The notes beneath the pieces are model-generated. The model ran no database searches. It was not told the DNA's origin and was given only the letters and a program-made list of their open reading frames with translations. Below, piece after piece: positions 60,629 to 64,000 of a DNA stretch of 64,000 nucleotides. Positions within the stretch are counted from its first letter, which is position 1, and each line of letters begins with the position of its first letter. The stretch is from Chrysomallon squamiferum. Lineage: Eukaryota; Animalia; Mollusca. Both the position numbers and the translations under genes were made by a program. The DNA lies in contig CM022667.1 in assembly GCA_012295275.1 (NCBI GenBank), positions 930,001 through 994,000 on the forward strand. The letters run 5' to 3'.

Positions 60629-61885
60629 CATACAAACACACGCACACCACAGACACTCACAACACATACACTCATGCATACATACACACATACACATTCA
60701 TAGTTACAGACAGACAGATACAAACATATATATAATAGACTTCAGATAATGGAAATTTTAAATATAATCTGAGATCAAATGAAAAACATTTGTTAAAAAA
60801 TCTGAAACAAATCTGCTGTAACAAATCTACTATTTTTTTATTTTATTTTATTTTTATTTTTTGTTTTTTGTTTTTAAAATAAAAGCATCCATTACTATCA
60901 AAATGGAATGATGGAAGCAAATAATTACAAACTTTTTAAAATCATGTATGACTGATGTACAGCATTCGTGGTTTAAGAAACATTTCATATTTTGTATTCT
61001 AAATTACAAGTATCTGTTAATGTCAGTGGGAAAAGTAAGCAACAAAATCATTTTTTTTTTTTACTGTTTTTATATTGCAGCTGTGAATAAAGATGATGTA
61101 CATGTTTTACAATTTCAGATATTTTCCCTTCAGTTTTACTGTCACAACTGTGAAATTATTTCAGAAGAATGGAAAACAGGTGGCTTTTCAAAACCAAATA
61201 ACCAATGCAGAGCCAGTGCTTTTGATGGATAAATTATATGAAAAACGATCTCATAATTAGATATGTGTGTTTAAAACAAACATGGTTTAGTTACAATGTA
61301 AACAGTAAGAGATATGTAAATGAAATCAGTTGTACACATTTGAATTGTCTGAATAAAACACAGTGTTTGAAATATGCACAAACATCCATCTTCACAAAAT
61401 TGCAGTTCACATGTCTTCAAAGTGAAGTGTACCTTTGGTGATTTGGAAAAATAGTCTAAATATATTCTACATACTTCCAAATTATGTTGTTGACATTCTG
61501 TTATCTTAATATAATTTTGTAATTATTTGTTTGGTGTTTTTTTTGCCAAAACAGTAAACTTTTTTCTGAGGTCATGATGTCATCACTTTCAGATCAGACT
61601 AATTTTCTCTCTGAAATTTCTACTAGTGTCATATAAAATACTACATCAGTTCTCCACATAAAGAACTCTGGTTGTGCATTGTGGCACTAAATTTTTTTTA
61701 TTACAGTTTTGTTTTATTGTCCTACTTTGTTCATATATGTCATCCAAAACAATCAAACAATATTAAACTCGGACATTTAACATTTCTCTTATTAGATTAT
61801 TCATTTTCATTGTCACAAATACACATTAAAGTCACTTTAATGAAAATAAATTAATAATTAAATCAATCAAAGAATGAAAATTTAT

Positions 61886-62092
61886 GTAGCCCAGTGGTTA
61901 GAGCTATGGCTTGCAACATGCTGGGCTCAATTCTCCACAACACTCTCACTGAGTTATTTCCTATTCCAGCCAACTCACATAACTTGCTTATAAGAAACCG
62001 TATTAAATACTTAGACAGGAGTCTATGGGTAGGCTAATAAAAAAAAAATTGCTGCTAATTAAATTAGCATAGCTTTATAGTGGCAGTGAAAG
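61886..62092 (+). mobile_element. Degenerate tRNA-derived SINE
   Basis: A-box TAGCCCAGTGG at 61887-61897, degenerate B-box gggctcaattctcc near 61923. Body tatttcctattccagcca...ctatgggtagg...ttgctgctaat is shared with the copy at 20760. Confidence 0.6.
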
Positions 62093-64000
62093 TAAGTAAT
62101 TTATAGCTCCTTTCTATCAGAAAACTAGTTAAAACATGCCTGTCATGTACACAAATTCAGACCTCTTCATAAAGTTGAGTACAAGACAGGTAGCATTAGT
62201 GTTTTCCATTTTCAACATTGTGTAAAAAGAGCTGTATCTGATACTTAATGGTGATTAATGTTAATATATACTGAGGTGGGGTTATATATTTATATATTCA
62301 GAATATGTTCTTCATTATTATTTACAAGATGTAAATGTTTTAGTTAAATATCACATTTTCCTGTTCCACTTGTTGAAATAGTCTAATGAAACTGAATCAA
62401 TTAAACTGTTTTATGGTTTATAATTAATTACTAATGATAATATAATTTATGCATTTGTGTGTGCATTCTAGGATTTTGAACATTCTCTGTCTTATGTACA
62501 TCTGATTAGACTCTGCACAGAGACAATGTCTGGAAATGTACTGGCTCAGGAGGACAAAGTTCAGTCACAACCTCACAAACCCTGTCAGATGCTACTGAAG
62601 ATGCGACTTGAATGTAAGACACCCATTTGCCTGCACTCTGAAGATGGACGATGTTACTGTTCAACCGTAAAGACAACCTTATGTCAGGCTTTCTGTATGA
62701 AATTTCTTCTAGGTTCAGAAAAAACACTGTAGAAGTTTTAATTAAGAATCACATTTTTCAGTATACCATTTGTTTAAATTGTCTACTGATACTGAATCAG
62801 TTAAACTGTTTTATGGTTTATAGTCACTAGAGAATGTTGAAATCATAATGTCATTTCTCTGACAATATAAATTAAGTATTTGTGTATGTGTGTATGTATG
62901 TATGTATGTATGTATGTATGTATGTCTGTATATATGTATGTATGTATCTATGAATGTGTATGTATGTATATATATGTAGTTATGTATATATGTGTGTATG
63001 TGTGTGTGTGTATGTGTGTGTGTTGTGTAAGTTTGTATGTACATTCATACACATGAGCATGCATGTATATACACATATAGATATAAAACTTTCAGATAAT
63101 TAACAGCACAATCACTTGCTAACACCTATTATGTTATTTCTAGCTCTTTAAAAACTCTCAACATGGTAAATAATACATATATTTTGTTTATGAAATTTAA
63201 TCTGAATGGCCACTAAGTCAACTGACAGACATTTCCAGGCTTTACAAGCTTCAGTGATCTATTTGTTGTATGAGACAGTTATTGTTATTTATTTTCCCAA
63301 CACACGAAACTTAAAACCCAACATTTTGTTACAAAAGTTATCTCAAAATGATTTTCATCAGATTTTGCAGCACGAAAATTTTCTTTCATCATGTCAGTAT
63401 AAATTAGATTTTCACTAAATTAATAAAATCACTGAAATTTTTTTATTTTAGAGAGTTTCTTTTTTTTTAAATGAGTGACATGTATCAATTTTATTCTAAT
63501 AAAAATGCTTGTTTTTTTTTTTTTAATTATCTAATTTTGTTACTATTTTTTTTTTATTCCAGTGCTATAAATAAAGCAACATGAATTTGGTTTTGTTAAT
63601 AGTATTCAAGTTTATACAGAGAGAAATATTTTCTTTTAAACTGTATAATCTTGTGTGATTCAGTCAGTATTTGTTTTGGAATGTATTTGTTTGTACGTGT
63701 GTTTTTGTGTGTATGTATGTGACTGTGAGAGTATGTGTATGCGTGTGTGTGAATGTGTGAGAGTGCATGTGTTTATATACGAGTGTATGCATGTATGTGT
63801 GTATGTCTGTCTTTCTGTTTATCCACAAACACACCCAATCATACGAAGAGACATGTATGATGAAATGTCACTGCAGTTCTACATGTATTAAAAGTATTCA
63901 AAGAAAACAAGGCACATTAAACTGATGACAATAGTCTTCCAAACAGCAGCTTGTTGGAACAGGAAAAAAAAATGAAACATTAATTTCTATCCCATACCAT

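Noticed and set aside
61886-61940. tRNA gene
   Set aside because: Only the A-box is good; no cloverleaf or proper T-arm, and it continues into a repeat body.

Overview
AT-rich, microsatellite-dense metazoan genomic DNA, probably a gastropod mollusc (inferred from the gene's sequence style and a tRNA-derived SINE-like repeat). The window is essentially one large minus-strand gene encoding a two-Ig-domain cell-surface protein of the Dpr / ZIG-8 family. Six coding exons can be spliced by hand with canonical AG/GT sites and consistent phases: 24690-24572, 19820-19601, 15419-15108, microexons 13766-13743 (24 nt) and 9837-9802 (36 nt), and a terminal exon 6299-6181 with a GPI-signal-like hydrophobic tail. 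The last three are absent from the ORF track. A candidate signal-peptide exon ends at a strong donor at 52962, 28 kb upstream. Introns contain a 4.4 kb 12-mer minisatellite (2.8 kb open as Thr/Asn-rich repeats on the gene strand, with a 960-bp higher-order duplication), many short tandem repeats and SINE remnants. Almost all other ORF-track entries are microsatellite artefacts. The most interesting signal is a possible modular anchor/shedding switch at the C-terminus (KR microexon, optional linker, duplicated acceptor giving a stop before the anchor). It is an inference, and no clearly novel system is proven from the sequence alone.
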